A stretch of 64,000 nucleotides of DNA from Octopus sinensis (taxonomy: Eukaryota): assembly GCF_006345805.1 (NCBI RefSeq), contig NC_042998.1, positions 7,874,001-7,938,000 of the forward strand, in the 5' to 3' direction. Of this stretch, positions 27,308 through 37,876 are shown piece after piece. Both the position numbers and the translations under genes were made by a program. The notes beneath the pieces were generated by a model, which was given only the letters and a program-made list of their open reading frames with translations, was not told the origin of the DNA and did not search any database. Every line of letters starts with the position of its first letter. Position 1 is the stretch's first letter.

Positions 27308-27700
27308 TTTTTCGAAAAAGCAAATCCGGAGAAGAAGCAAACTCTAAGAAGTAGAGCAGTCTACATTGCTTCCTGGTGAAGGCTGGTTTATGGTATTACC
27401 CCAGGTTTCCCGTCCATAAAGAGGTAAAATTAATGGCGTATCTTCAGACCCCAAGACCTATTGGATTCTCGATCTTATAGAAGATCCTCAAAAATCCATA
27501 CTCCTACATTGACGATGCGAAAGGCTGCAAGCTATGCATAGCCGAACGCACGAGAATCCTAAGGGACACACTCGAGCCAAGGGCTAAACTTAACCCCAGA
27601 ACGGAGATTTTCGGGCCATGTTTGCATTTTAGGAGATTTCTGCTGGTCTTTTGAGAACCACTGGAAGTTGATGGCTAAAGAGAGAGGAAGATAATTCCAT
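27308..27700 (+). mobile_element. Penelope-like element fragment: inverted pLTR plus ORF C-terminus
   Basis: About 27480-27655 translates YSYIDDAKGCKLCIAERTRIL...LNPRTEIFGPCLHFRRFLL, the PLE GIY-YIG C-terminal CxLC..E/LN.R.E....C.H pattern. HHR-like motif on - at ~27390-27452; a related pLTR lies at ~12065-12250. Confidence 0.7.
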
Positions 27701-27780
27701 ATTGTTTACTCTTATAGCTGATCGATTGCAGCACGGCCGGAAGTCGATAAGCCATTATCATAGGAAGATAATCCAGACTT

Positions 27781-28454
27781 CTCGGAATTTGAACTGAGAA
27801 CGTAACGGCAGACGAAATACGGCTACGCATTTCGCCCGGCGTGCTAACGTTTCTTATTTCTTTATTGCCCACAAGGGGCTAAACAAAGAGGGGACAAACA
27901 AGGACAGACAAAGGGATTAAGTCGATTACATCGACCCCAGTGCGTAACTAGTACTTATTTAATCGACCCCGAAAGGATGAAAGACAAAGTCGACCTCGGC
28001 GGAATTTGAACTCAGAACGTAGAGGCAGACGAAATCCCTATTTCTTTATTACCCACAAGGGGCTAAACACAGAGGGGACAAATAAGGACAGACATAGGTA
28101 TTAAGACGATTACATCGACCCCAGTGCGTAACTGGTATTTAATTTATCGACCCCGAAAGGATGAAAGGCAAAGTCGACCTCGGCGGAATTTGAACTCAGA
28201 ACGTAGAGGCAGACGAAATCCCTATTTCTTTATTACCCACAAGGGGCTAAACACAGAGGGGACAAATAAGGACAGACATAGGTATTAAGACGATTACATC
28301 GACCCCAGTGCGTAACTGGTATTTAATTTATCGACCCCGAAAGGATGAAAGGCAAAGTCGACCTCGGTGGAATTTGAACTCAGAACGTAACGCAGACGAA
28401 ATACCGCTAAGCATTTCGCCCGGCGTGCTAACCTTTCTGCCAGCTCGCCGCCTT
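27781..28454 (-). mobile_element. Head-to-tail array of family B SINE units (one head, three tails, plus a partial unit)
   Basis: Two junctions AATAAAGAAATA|GGGATTTCGTCTGCC and one AAGAAATA|AGAAACGTTAGC. Confidence 0.9.
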
Positions 28455-28773
28455 TAAGTGCGTATATATTACGTTTGCATGAGTCGATGAATGGATGGAT
28501 GGATATAAACAAACGTGTGTGTATATTCGTCTGTGTGTGTGTGTTTGTCTCATGTATGTATATCCACATCCTTCACAACAGCAGCATTACTTCCACTACG
28601 GTAACATTGATGTTACCTGAATAGCGAATTGTTGTCAGTTAATCACTGACTGAATTCATTTATGGCTGTAAGTTATAACGAATCTGACACAACAACCTTA
28701 ATCAGTTCAGGTCATCTCAACCACAATTAATTACCAATTTAAATCCATATCGCACCATTTCTCTCGCTCTGTT

Positions 28774-28953
28774 TCTGTCTCTTCATCAACCTGTCTACGT
28801 ATCTCTCGCCTTACGTCTCACAGTCCCCCATTCATTTCTTTCTTTCTCGCTCTTGTCTGTCTGTCTCTTCATCAACCTGTCTACGTATCTCTCGCCTTAC
28901 GTCTCACAGTCCCCCATTCATTTCTTTCTTTCTCGCTCTTGTCTGTCTGTCTC
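28774..28953. repeat. 86-bp tandem duplication
   Basis: TCTGTCTCTTCATCAACC...TTGTCTG occurs twice. Confidence 0.85.
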
Positions 28954-29243
28954 CTTCTCCCCCTCTGTCTCTCCGTTGTTCTCCAGTTATCTTTCGTAGA
29001 AACGCACGGCACTGAGACATGTATGACAGCGCATCCAAGATAAAAAGGAGAAATAAATACGCACGCACACACATGACTACGTATATACGTATAAGCGCGC
29101 GTGTGTGAGTGTATTTGTGATGTAAATTAGACGATTTCATTCCTTCTCAGTTCTTGATTGATTTATACATACATTCATACATGCATACATATGTGTGCGT
29201 ATATGTATATATGCCTGTATATATACATGTGTGTGTGTGTGTG

Positions 29244-29481
29244 AATACCTATTTCTTTATTACCCACAAGGGGCTAAACACAGAGGGGACAAACAAGGAC
29301 AGACATAGGTATTAAGTCGATGTAATCGACCACAGTGCGTAACTGGTACTTAATTTATCGACCCCGAAAGGATGAAAGGCAAAGTCGACCTCGGCAGAAT
29401 TCGAACTCACAACGTAACGCAGACGAAATACCGCTAAGCATTTCGCCCGACGAGCTAACGATTCTGCCAGATCGCCGCCTT
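29244..29481 (-). mobile_element. SINE family B, full length, tail followed by GGTATT
   Basis: Complete head, core and tail. Confidence 0.9.
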
Positions 29482-30121
29482 ATTGATATGTAGATACTTG
29501 GTGTTAACCGTCATACGACGAGGAACTTTAGAAGAATACTTTTGCCACCATAGGTAATGCCAGAGATTAAAGCATACATGCAATAATTATAATTCAGCTT
29601 TTATCAAATTTCTTGATGTTTATACAGAATGAAAGTTTTTTCCCTACTCCATCTTGGCTCGTTTCTAATTAATGAGGCATAAGCCCTTCCCTTTTCAACA
29701 AGCTATAACGAATTTGAGGACAAGAATTAGATTCGAACTTACGCGGGTGTGATAACGACGATTATTTGCAGAGGCACATAAAAAACAATCTGTTGCTTTA
29801 AAGAAATATATATTACTTCAGATCAAGGCGGCGAGCTGGCAGAATCGTTTGCACGTCGGGCGAAATGCTTAGCGGTATTTCGGCTGCCGCACATGTGTTC
29901 GTGAAGTAAGAATTGCTGTTTCGTGGTGTTAATATTGTTAACAACTGTTGTTTCTTGTTAAACTGTTGAATAACTTAACTGTTGGAGTTTTCAATTGAAA
30001 ACACTTAGTGCTTGTGGTAGCACGCGTTGTTCATTCCCCCTTTGGGGGGAAGAATGTCGTCTAGCATGGAGCCTACCGTTGGAGCAGAAATACTTGTTTC
30101 TCCTGTTGAGAGGAGGAATAC

Positions 30122-31582
30122 ATGTCCGGCGAGGAGCCAACTACAGACAAGGAAATAGGGGTTTCCCCCGCTACAAGAAGGAATAGCAGAGAGGATAATA
30201 TATTTGATATTTTTGGAGATGTGTCTGAGAGCTCGTCAGAACTTTCACCAGAAGAGTTTCCGACTTTGCCAGAGAACAAAGGCATTGTGTCGAAGAGAAT
30301 AATTGATGTGCCTAGCATCCAGATAGAACCAAAAAATGGAAAAAAAAGTTTTGCGTTGGCTGCTGGGGGTGGAACCCAGATACTGTCGACGAATAAAAGC
30401 GAAATTATGAAATACAGCAAAATGATGGAAATAAATGACAACAGTGTGAAAATTGAACCTCCGCAAAAGTTATTACAGGAAGAAAAGCAAAAAACAATAA
30501 TTTTCAAAACATATTGTCTACAAAATAGAAAAATTGAAAGAATGTCAGAAGAGAAAATAGAAAAGTGCTTAAAGCCAATATTGGGCGACGTAGTATTTCT
30601 GAGAAGAGGAAAAAAATTCGGAACGGTGGAAGTAAGGTTCACCAATAAAGAAATAGCACACAAGAACTCAGTGGAAACGTTGAAAACGAACGACGTGGAG
30701 TTAATACCCTATTATATGGGGATGAGGACGTCGCGAATAAAAATTACAAGGGTCCCGCCAGAGGTCGAACCTATGTGGTTGTTGGCGGCAGTCCTAATCA
30801 AAGAGGTAGAAAAAATTACTCTCCTCCAGGCTACCGCTACGGAAAACCCACGCTGGGATGGTAAAACAATTAATCTTCTCATTCAAGCGGACCCTAAAAT
30901 AATTCAAACAATTCCTGAGACAATTGAGGTAGGGGAGGAGAACCTCGTGGTGTTTGTTGAGGGCCGAAAACCTCGATGTTTTTTATGTGGTCAATTAGGC
31001 CACATTCGAAGGAACTGCAAGGAAAATGAAGAAGAGGAGGAAGAGGAGAAAAAAGACAAAGAGGAAGAAGATAAAGAAGAAACAGATGAGAAAAAAACAA
31101 CAAACAAAAGAAAAATACAACCAGCAACCCAGCCGAGAGCGGCGACTACTACAGAACAACGACCAAAAAAGACTGCCAGAAGAGAAAAAGAAGAAAAAGG
31201 CATAATAGCCGTATACACTAAAGATACTGAGCTCATGAGAGACATTCAACTCATAAAGACTGTAAAAAAAATTGATAACCTTTCAGAGGAATTTATCAAT
31301 TACGACATATATGAAGTCTCAAATAAGACTTATAGAATTCTACAAAATAAGTACAGAAAGACTGTATCTTCATTGAGATTAGATTTTAACAAGTCGATAT
31401 TTCATGGATTACCAGCTCCGATCCCGCGAGAAAAGGAAAAGGTGGAGATTCCCCCTCCACCTGATAATTCTGTGTCGGTGGTGAGACGGGATTTTGACAA
31501 ATCTATTTCCCAAGACCGTCCACCTCCGACCCTGGATAAAAAAAAGGTGGAGGGTCCCCCTCCACCGGACAATCCTAATTAA
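30122..31582 (+). CDS. LINE ORF1 (gag-like, CCHC zinc knuckle)
   Basis: 486-aa intact ORF with CFLCGQLGHIRRNC followed by an acidic/basic low-complexity region. Confidence 0.9.
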   Translation: MSGEEPTTDKEIGVSPATRRNSREDNIFDIFGDVSESSSELSPEEFPTLPENKGIVSKRIIDVPSIQIEPKNGKKSFALAAGGGTQILSTNKSEIMKYSKMMEINDNSVKIEPPQKLLQEEKQKTIIFKTYCLQNRKIERMSEEKIEKCLKPILGDVVFLRRGKKFGTVEVRFTNKEIAHKNSVETLKTNDVELIPYYMGMRTSRIKITRVPPEVEPMWLLAAVLIKEVEKITLLQATATENPRWDGKTINLLIQADPKIIQTIPETIEVGEENLVVFVEGRKPRCFLCGQLGHIRRNCKENEEEEEEEKKDKEEEDKEETDEKKTTNKRKIQPATQPRAATTTEQRPKKTARREKEEKGIIAVYTKDTELMRDIQLIKTVKKIDNLSEEFINYDIYEVSNKTYRILQNKYRKTVSSLRLDFNKSIFHGLPAPIPREKEKVEIPPPPDNSVSVVRRDFDKSISQDRPPPTLDKKKVEGPPPPDNPN

Positions 31583-31593
31583 ACAGGTAAGTG

Positions 31594-34500
31594 ATGGCTA
31601 TTCACATTGGTTGTTTAAATGTTCATGGCCTGTTGTCAAGCTGGAAGCAAGGACGCTTTCTGAATGACATCAGGTCGAGAAATTTGGATGTAATTGTTGC
31701 AACGGAAACCCGGGTGAAGGGGCCAAGAGATCTGCTCCCCCTCCTGAACGGCTACGAGAAATACGTTTCTCCGAGTCGGGCGGAGGTGGGGGTGGGGTGT
31801 TGGTCCTACTAAAAAGAAACCGGGTAGCCGAGAAAAAGTTGGTTTTTTCTGACCCAGAAGGCAGGCTGGTCGTTCTCGACTTGACATTCAGTTGTGGCAA
31901 GACAATCAGGCTGGTCGCTATTTATGCACCAAACATTATTGGCCCGCAAACTGAATATTTTCGTGGCCTAGGAAAGTTCCTAGCCACGTCGCATTCACTA
32001 GTAGTGTTAGGAGACTCTAATACAATATGTGCAGCACACACAGATTGTGTTGGCTCAAACTCGAACATGAACAGAAAATGTAACACAGGCTTTCGGGATC
32101 TGCTAAGTCAATTTCAGCTAGCAGATCCATATAGGTTGGAGCACCCGAACACTCCACAGTGGACGTGGTCAAATAGTGACGGGTCTACCAGAACATATCT
32201 AGATAGGATTTTAATTAGAGAAAAAGATAAGTCCATAGTTGAGTGTCCACAGTTTTTTCTAGTCAGCTACAGTGACCACAAGATGGTTACCTGTAAACTG
32301 ACGGTAGATAAGTTGCATAGACAGGGATCTGGCTACTGGAAACTCAATACGTCCCTTTTGGCGATTGAGGAGTACAGAAAGCGGATCAAGATGTTAATAC
32401 AGAGGGCATTAACAGGTACCATCATTAATAACAAATGGTGGTACGCCCTAAAAAGAGCCATCAAATATGAGTCTATTAGGTTTAGCATAAGTTTAGCTAA
32501 GAAGGGACGTAAAATAGGAGATGGTCTAGTTAAGGAACTAGAAGAAGCCTGGAGGACTGGTAATACAGACCAAGCGAGGGTGAAAAGACTGGAGTTAAAC
32601 CAGCATCTTGAAGCCACCACATGGGAAGTATTACCAGAGCTAAGTTACGTGCAATGGGAAGTGAAGGAATCAAAGCCGCTGGATGGGCCCGAGTGGTGGA
32701 AGCTCGGCAAGGAAATAGTTCCTCTATTCGGTCTTTGACGAATCAAAATGGTGTCTTGATAAACGAACCCGAGAAAATGTGTGAGGTCTTTCGGGAGTAC
32801 TTCGCCCAGCTGTTCGGGGGTGACGGCGGTCCTGGTGGTGGGAGAGCCCTCGAGGACTTTCTTACCGGGCTGCCGTGCCTCTCGGGGTCGGATGCGGAGT
32901 CTTGCGAAGGGCCAATCACACTTGAGGAGGTGATGGAGGCTTTGGCCGATTGTAAAGCGGGTAAGTCACCGGGACTTGATGGTCTTCCGTACGAGCTGTA
33001 TAAATGTATGCCAGACTTGTTCGGGCAACTACTGACTGACGTGTACGCGAACTGGAAACAGAATGGGTTTATCCCCAGATCTGTGCGCCGGGGAGTAGTG
33101 ACGTTGGTCAGAAAGGACCCGGACAAGGGGGACGTTCTAGAGAATTTCAGGCCCATCACTCTGTTAAACGCAGAAGTGAAGATTTTGGCCAAGGTTCTAG
33201 CAAAAAGGTTGGCGCGTGTCGCGAATGGTATAGTCGGGGAGGCACAGACATGTGCCATCCCAGGCAGAACCATTCAGGATACCCTCCATCTTATTCGCTA
33301 TACCATAGAGAGGTTTGGTAATAAATCTGGCAAAGGTGGGGCATTGGTGCATTTGGACCAGTCTAAAGCTTTTGATAGGGTTGACCATCGATACCTAGCG
33401 ACTGTACTTGCGCGGTTTGGCCTGGGCCTTGGCTTCCTCAGGTGGTTTATCGCTTTGTACCACAACATTGACTCGATAGTTCGGGTGAACGGTTTCCTTT
33501 CGAAGCCGTTCTGCATCAGACGCTCGGTTCGTCAAGGATGTCCGCTTTCACCACTTTTGTATGTGATGGCTCTCGAGCCATTACTGCAAAGGTTGAGTGG
33601 CATCCCGAGAGAACCAGGACTAGAGGAGTTTGTTACGGCTTTCGCGGATGATATCACTATCAGTGTAACCACAGTGGTACGCCTACGTGAAGTAGGTAAG
33701 ACTATTGAGGCTTACGAGGAGGTAGCAGGAGCAAAGATTAACCGGGAAAAGTCGGTCGGCTTGCAGCTCGGCACCTGGGTTGGCAAGTCGATGCCTTCAG
33801 ACAGTGTTGTTAGGCGCTGGACGGAGGGACCGGTTAAGTTGCTGGGAGTCTGGTTTGGACCAGGCCTCCAGATAGAGAAGAACTGGACGGAGGTATTGAG
33901 CAGGGTGGCTGCAGTAGTCAAGACTTGGTCTTGGCGGTGGCTATCCCTGAAAGGGAGGGCGGAAGTGGCCAATGTGTTTATCGCATCGGTCATTACCTAC
34001 CGCCTGACTGTCGTGCCCTGTCCGGATTCGTGGTTGATCAGGTTGGAGAGACAGCTCTTTCGCTTTTTGTGGAAGGGCAGGTCGCCACTTGTGAAACGCT
34101 CTGTCTGCTGTCAAAAGCCTTTAAATGGAGGTTTAGGGATGCCTTGGTTAATGATGCGCAGACATGCGTTGAGGTTGAGGCACCTCTGGATTCTCCTGGA
34201 TAGTGAACGGGTGTGGTCTCCGCTGGCCAGACAAATGTTCCCTGAGTTCAAGAGTTTTTGCGAACAGGAAGCCTGGTGTTCTCGTAGACCGAGGTCGAGT
34301 GAGTGGCACAAAGAGTGCCGTAAGGCCCTCTTGCTGTTCCGGCGCTCGGGCAACGCCAGCGGTGGGGGTTCCACACGGATTTTATATAGTGGGTTGGTAG
34401 AGTCTGAATGCGACGATGGCCTGGGGTCGACTCTAGGTCTCGGATTTATTCAACTGGACAGCTTGTTTCATCGTACATTCGGGTTGAGAACGTTGGACAA

Positions 34501-34993
34501 CTTCCAAAAGTCCTTAACCTGGCAATGCTACAGAGGTGCCTTGCCCGTTTGGGATAAGCTCGCAAGACATGGTAAACGTCAGTCGCCGACCTGTCCAAGA
34601 TGCGGTGGGGACAGGGAAACCGTCCCTCACGCTATTGTTCAGTGTCCGGAGATAACTGAAATGTGGGCTTATGCTGAACATCTGTTGTCCGGCGAAGGAA
34701 GAGTACGGCTGTCGACTGAGTCAATTATAAAAATTGACCCACCGGGAGTTCTAACGAACGAAGGTAAGAATTGTTTTCTCACGGTTGTAGCAATAGCAAA
34801 AGAGGCTGTATGGAATACTAGGATAAAAGGAATTAAGACAGGCAACTTTATCTCTGGTGACAATTTACGATCCTTTTTTTCTTTTTATTTGAAAAGGAAA
34901 CTGTGGCTGGAGAAGAGGTGTCTGTCAGAGTGTACGTTCCAAAAGAGATGGAAGTATGTTGCACGAGTGTTGTGCCTGCAAGGAACCGTGTGA
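31594..34993 (+). pseudogene. LINE ORF2 (APE endonuclease, RT, C-terminal zinc finger) with two frameshifts (~31795, ~32620)
   Basis: CLNVHGL, ATET, GDSN, YLDRI, SDH; WKLN; KSPGLDG, NFRPITLLN, DQSKAFDRV, VRQGCPLSPLL, FADD, GGLGMP, CPRCGGDRETVPHAIVQC. Confidence 0.93.
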
Positions 34994-37007
34994 ATAGACG
35001 AGGAAAAAAAAAAAGGAAAAATAAAAAGGTATCAGCGGTAGATCGGGGCTTGTGGGATCGGAGCGTAACTTGATCATCGCTTCATTTGTATTGTTTTTGT
35101 ACTGTGTATTCCATTCGATTTTTATGTATTGTATTTTATTTTTGATGTCACATTTATGTAAAATCATATCGATTCACTGATCCCATCAGTTGTACTGTCC
35201 ATATCTATGTTTGGCCCCCGGTGGGCAATAAAGAAATTGGTATTTCGTCCGCCGCTGCGTTCTGAGTTCAAATTCCGCCGAGGTCGACTTTGCCTTTCAT
35301 CTTTTCGGGGTCGATAAATTAAGTACCAGTTACGCACTGGGGTCGATGTAATCGACTTAATACCTATGTCTGTCCTTGTTTGTCCCCTCTATGTTTAGCC
35401 CCTTGTGGGTAATAAAGAAATAGGTATTTCGTCCGCCGCTGCGTTCTGAGTTCAAAGTCCGCCGAGGTCGACTTTGCCTTTCATCCTTTCGGGGTCGATA
35501 AATTAAGTACCAGTTACACACTGGGGACGATGTAATCGACTTAATCCCTTTGTCTGTCCTTGTTTGTCCCCTCTGGGTTTAGCCCCTTGTGGGTAATAAG
35601 AAAACATATTACTTCAGATCAATAACCTTTTGCTGAAGGCAATTATTTTCAATATGGGAATAAAATAAATAGGGGGACCTTGAATACAAACTGCATTGTG
35701 GTAGCAGCACAATAGATTTCATAAAACATATGTTAAACTCTATACTCTAAATGTACGACGCTTTCTTACAAGGGTGATGAACTGGGATGACTTAACGTCC
35801 ATGCTTTCATCAAACGCGTTACAGGATAATCAAATGTAGTGAAGCTATTCAGACGATAAACAAGAGATTGAGTTGTGAATTCCCACGAGAATTTCCGGTC
35901 GCACTACGACACCCACCATGGGTCTTTATGATCTGTAGATTCTCAAGAATTGTGAGAGACCACAAACCTTATCAAACCTGCTGCATTTATAAATCTTGTG
36001 ATGAAATTAGTGAGTCATTATGCAAAGTAGAAATCATGTCGAAATAAATGAACTCCATTGTTGATCTGAAACAACAACAAAATTACAAGTTCAATGCAAC
36101 GGGACAATCTCTACGTTGTCGTTTGATTTGCAATAAATATGAGCAAGTATTCTACAAATCACACTCTACCAAATTTCTTAATCAGCTTACCAACTAAAAT
36201 ATCATGATTCACTTTACACTGCCACTGTTTCTATATCCACTACGAACATCTCTGCCTTCAGCTTCTCCTGAGCATTTACACCAGTGTTTTTAAAACTATT
36301 TAACTATCACCCCCACGCTTTCTCACTGCTCTCCTCCTCTTCAGCGCTCCTAAAATATCAGGTCAGAATAATTTAATTCAAGTTACTAATTCAACGTGGG
36401 TTCATAACACCGTCACATATTAAATTAAATTAAATATTACAATGTGTTTGTAATATTTAAATATTAAATATTACAAGCACAGATTTTATATATCTTTTTT
36501 TTTTTTGTACGTTTTACTTGTTTCAGTCATTTTACCGCGACCATACTGGGGCACTGCCCGGAAGGTTTTTAGTCGAATAAATCAACCACACTACTCTTTC
36601 TTAAACCTGGTATTTATCATGTCGGTCTCACTAAGTTATCGGGACATAAGTTACGGTGGAGAGGGGGGGACACATACGCACATTTCTTTCAGTGTCCGTT
36701 TAATGAATCCACTAAAAAGGCTTTGGTCGACCAACGGCCATAGGAGACACTTGCCCAAGGATCCTTTCCGAAGTCTATTTTTGTTGTTGGTGTTATCGTC
36801 GTCGCAGTGATTATTTATACGAATTTTATTATGATATTTCAGATTTTGGCACGAGGCCAGCATTTTCGATTCCAAAAGGATTCCGAAAGGCAAAGTAGAC
36901 ATCGGCGGATTTTGAACTCAGAACGTAAGGACGGACGAAATGTCAGTAAGCATTTTGCTTGGCGTGCTAAAGATTCAGCCAGCTCACCTCCTTAAATTGT
37001 TTCAATA

Positions 37008-37390
37008 TTTTCTACTCGAGGCACAAAGCCCGAAATGTTTGGGGAGGGGGAGCAGTCGAGTAAATCGATCTCAGTACGTACGCAACTGGTACTTAATTCA
37101 TCGACCCCGAAAGGATGAAAAGCAAAGTCGACCCCGGTAGAATTTGAACTCAGAACATAAAGACAGACAAAATACCTATTTCGTTATTACCCACAAGGGG
37201 CTAAACACAGAGGAGACAAACAAGGACAGGTAGACGGATTAAGTCGATTATATCGACCCCAGTGCGTAACTGGTACTTAATTTATCGACGCCGAAAGGAT
37301 GAAAGGCAAAGTCGACCTCGGCGGAATTTGAACTCAGAACGTAACGGCAGAAGAAATACCGCTAAGAATTTCGCCCGACGTACTGACGTT
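37008..37390 (-). mobile_element. Family B dimer: Tx1-tail copy inserted into an alternative-tail copy
   Basis: Junction AATAACGAAATA|GGTATTTTGTCTGTC at ~37176; the two units carry different tails. Confidence 0.85.
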
Positions 37391-37656
37391 AATTTATTAC
37401 AATACTACATTAAAAACAGTTTAGGAGTAAATCTTTAAATAGTAGTCAAAGATTAAAAAGCTGATGCATCGCCCCTCCACAGCCACCTCTTTATTCACAA
37501 TATCCTCCTTGGGGAACGGTAAAGAGTAAAGGCCCCTTCGCAACTCCTGAATGAACTGGAGCAACATGAAATAAAGTGTCTTACTCAAGAACGCAATACA
37601 GCTCGGTCCGGGAATCGAACTCACTACCTCAGGATTGTGAGCCCGATGCTCTAACC

Positions 37657-37876
37657 CAGTGCTTTTCAACCTTTTTGCTGGAGCGGAACCCCAAGAAAAC
37701 ATTTTACACTGCTCGAGGAACCCCTGTGCAATAATTTAATTGTCTTATGCACACATATCTGCACAAGAGAATTAAAAATTACTGTCGATTTTAGCATTTT
37801 TGTAACTTCTTGCGGAACCCCTGGACTATACTGGCGGAACCCTAAGGTTCCGCGGAACCCAGTTTGAAAACCACTG
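37657..37876. mobile_element. hAT (Charlie-like) MITE inserted in a SINE head
   Basis: Termini CAGTGCTTTTCAA / TTGAAAACCACTG; 8-bp TSD CTCTAACC; subterminal GGAACCC motifs. Confidence 0.9.

Larger units (their letters stand above)
29891..35237 (+). mobile_element. Near full-length Tx1/L1-clade non-LTR retrotransposon
   Basis: 5'UTR, ORF1, APE-RT ORF2 and 3'UTR ending AATAAAGAAAT; inner TSD GGTATTTCG(GCT/TCC)GCCGC at 29874-29890 and 35239-35255. Confidence 0.93.
29827..35605 (+). mobile_element. Composite: SINE B head + Tx1 LINE + two SINE B body/tail units
   Basis: Outer 17-bp TSD ATATTACTTCAGATCAA at 29810-29826 and 35606-35622. Confidence 0.9.

Noticed and set aside
27781-28454. Regularly spaced repeats resembling a CRISPR array or satellite
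   Set aside because: Whole ~185-bp units are SINE bodies. There are no unique spacers and no cas genes, and the context is eukaryotic.
31780-32640. Programmed frameshifting in Tx1 ORF2
   Set aside because: No slippery heptamer with downstream structure was seen. Indels or sequencing errors are simpler.
32743-33273. Antisense ORFs within the LINE (also 30073-30663)
   Set aside because: Shadow frames of the coding strand with no motifs.
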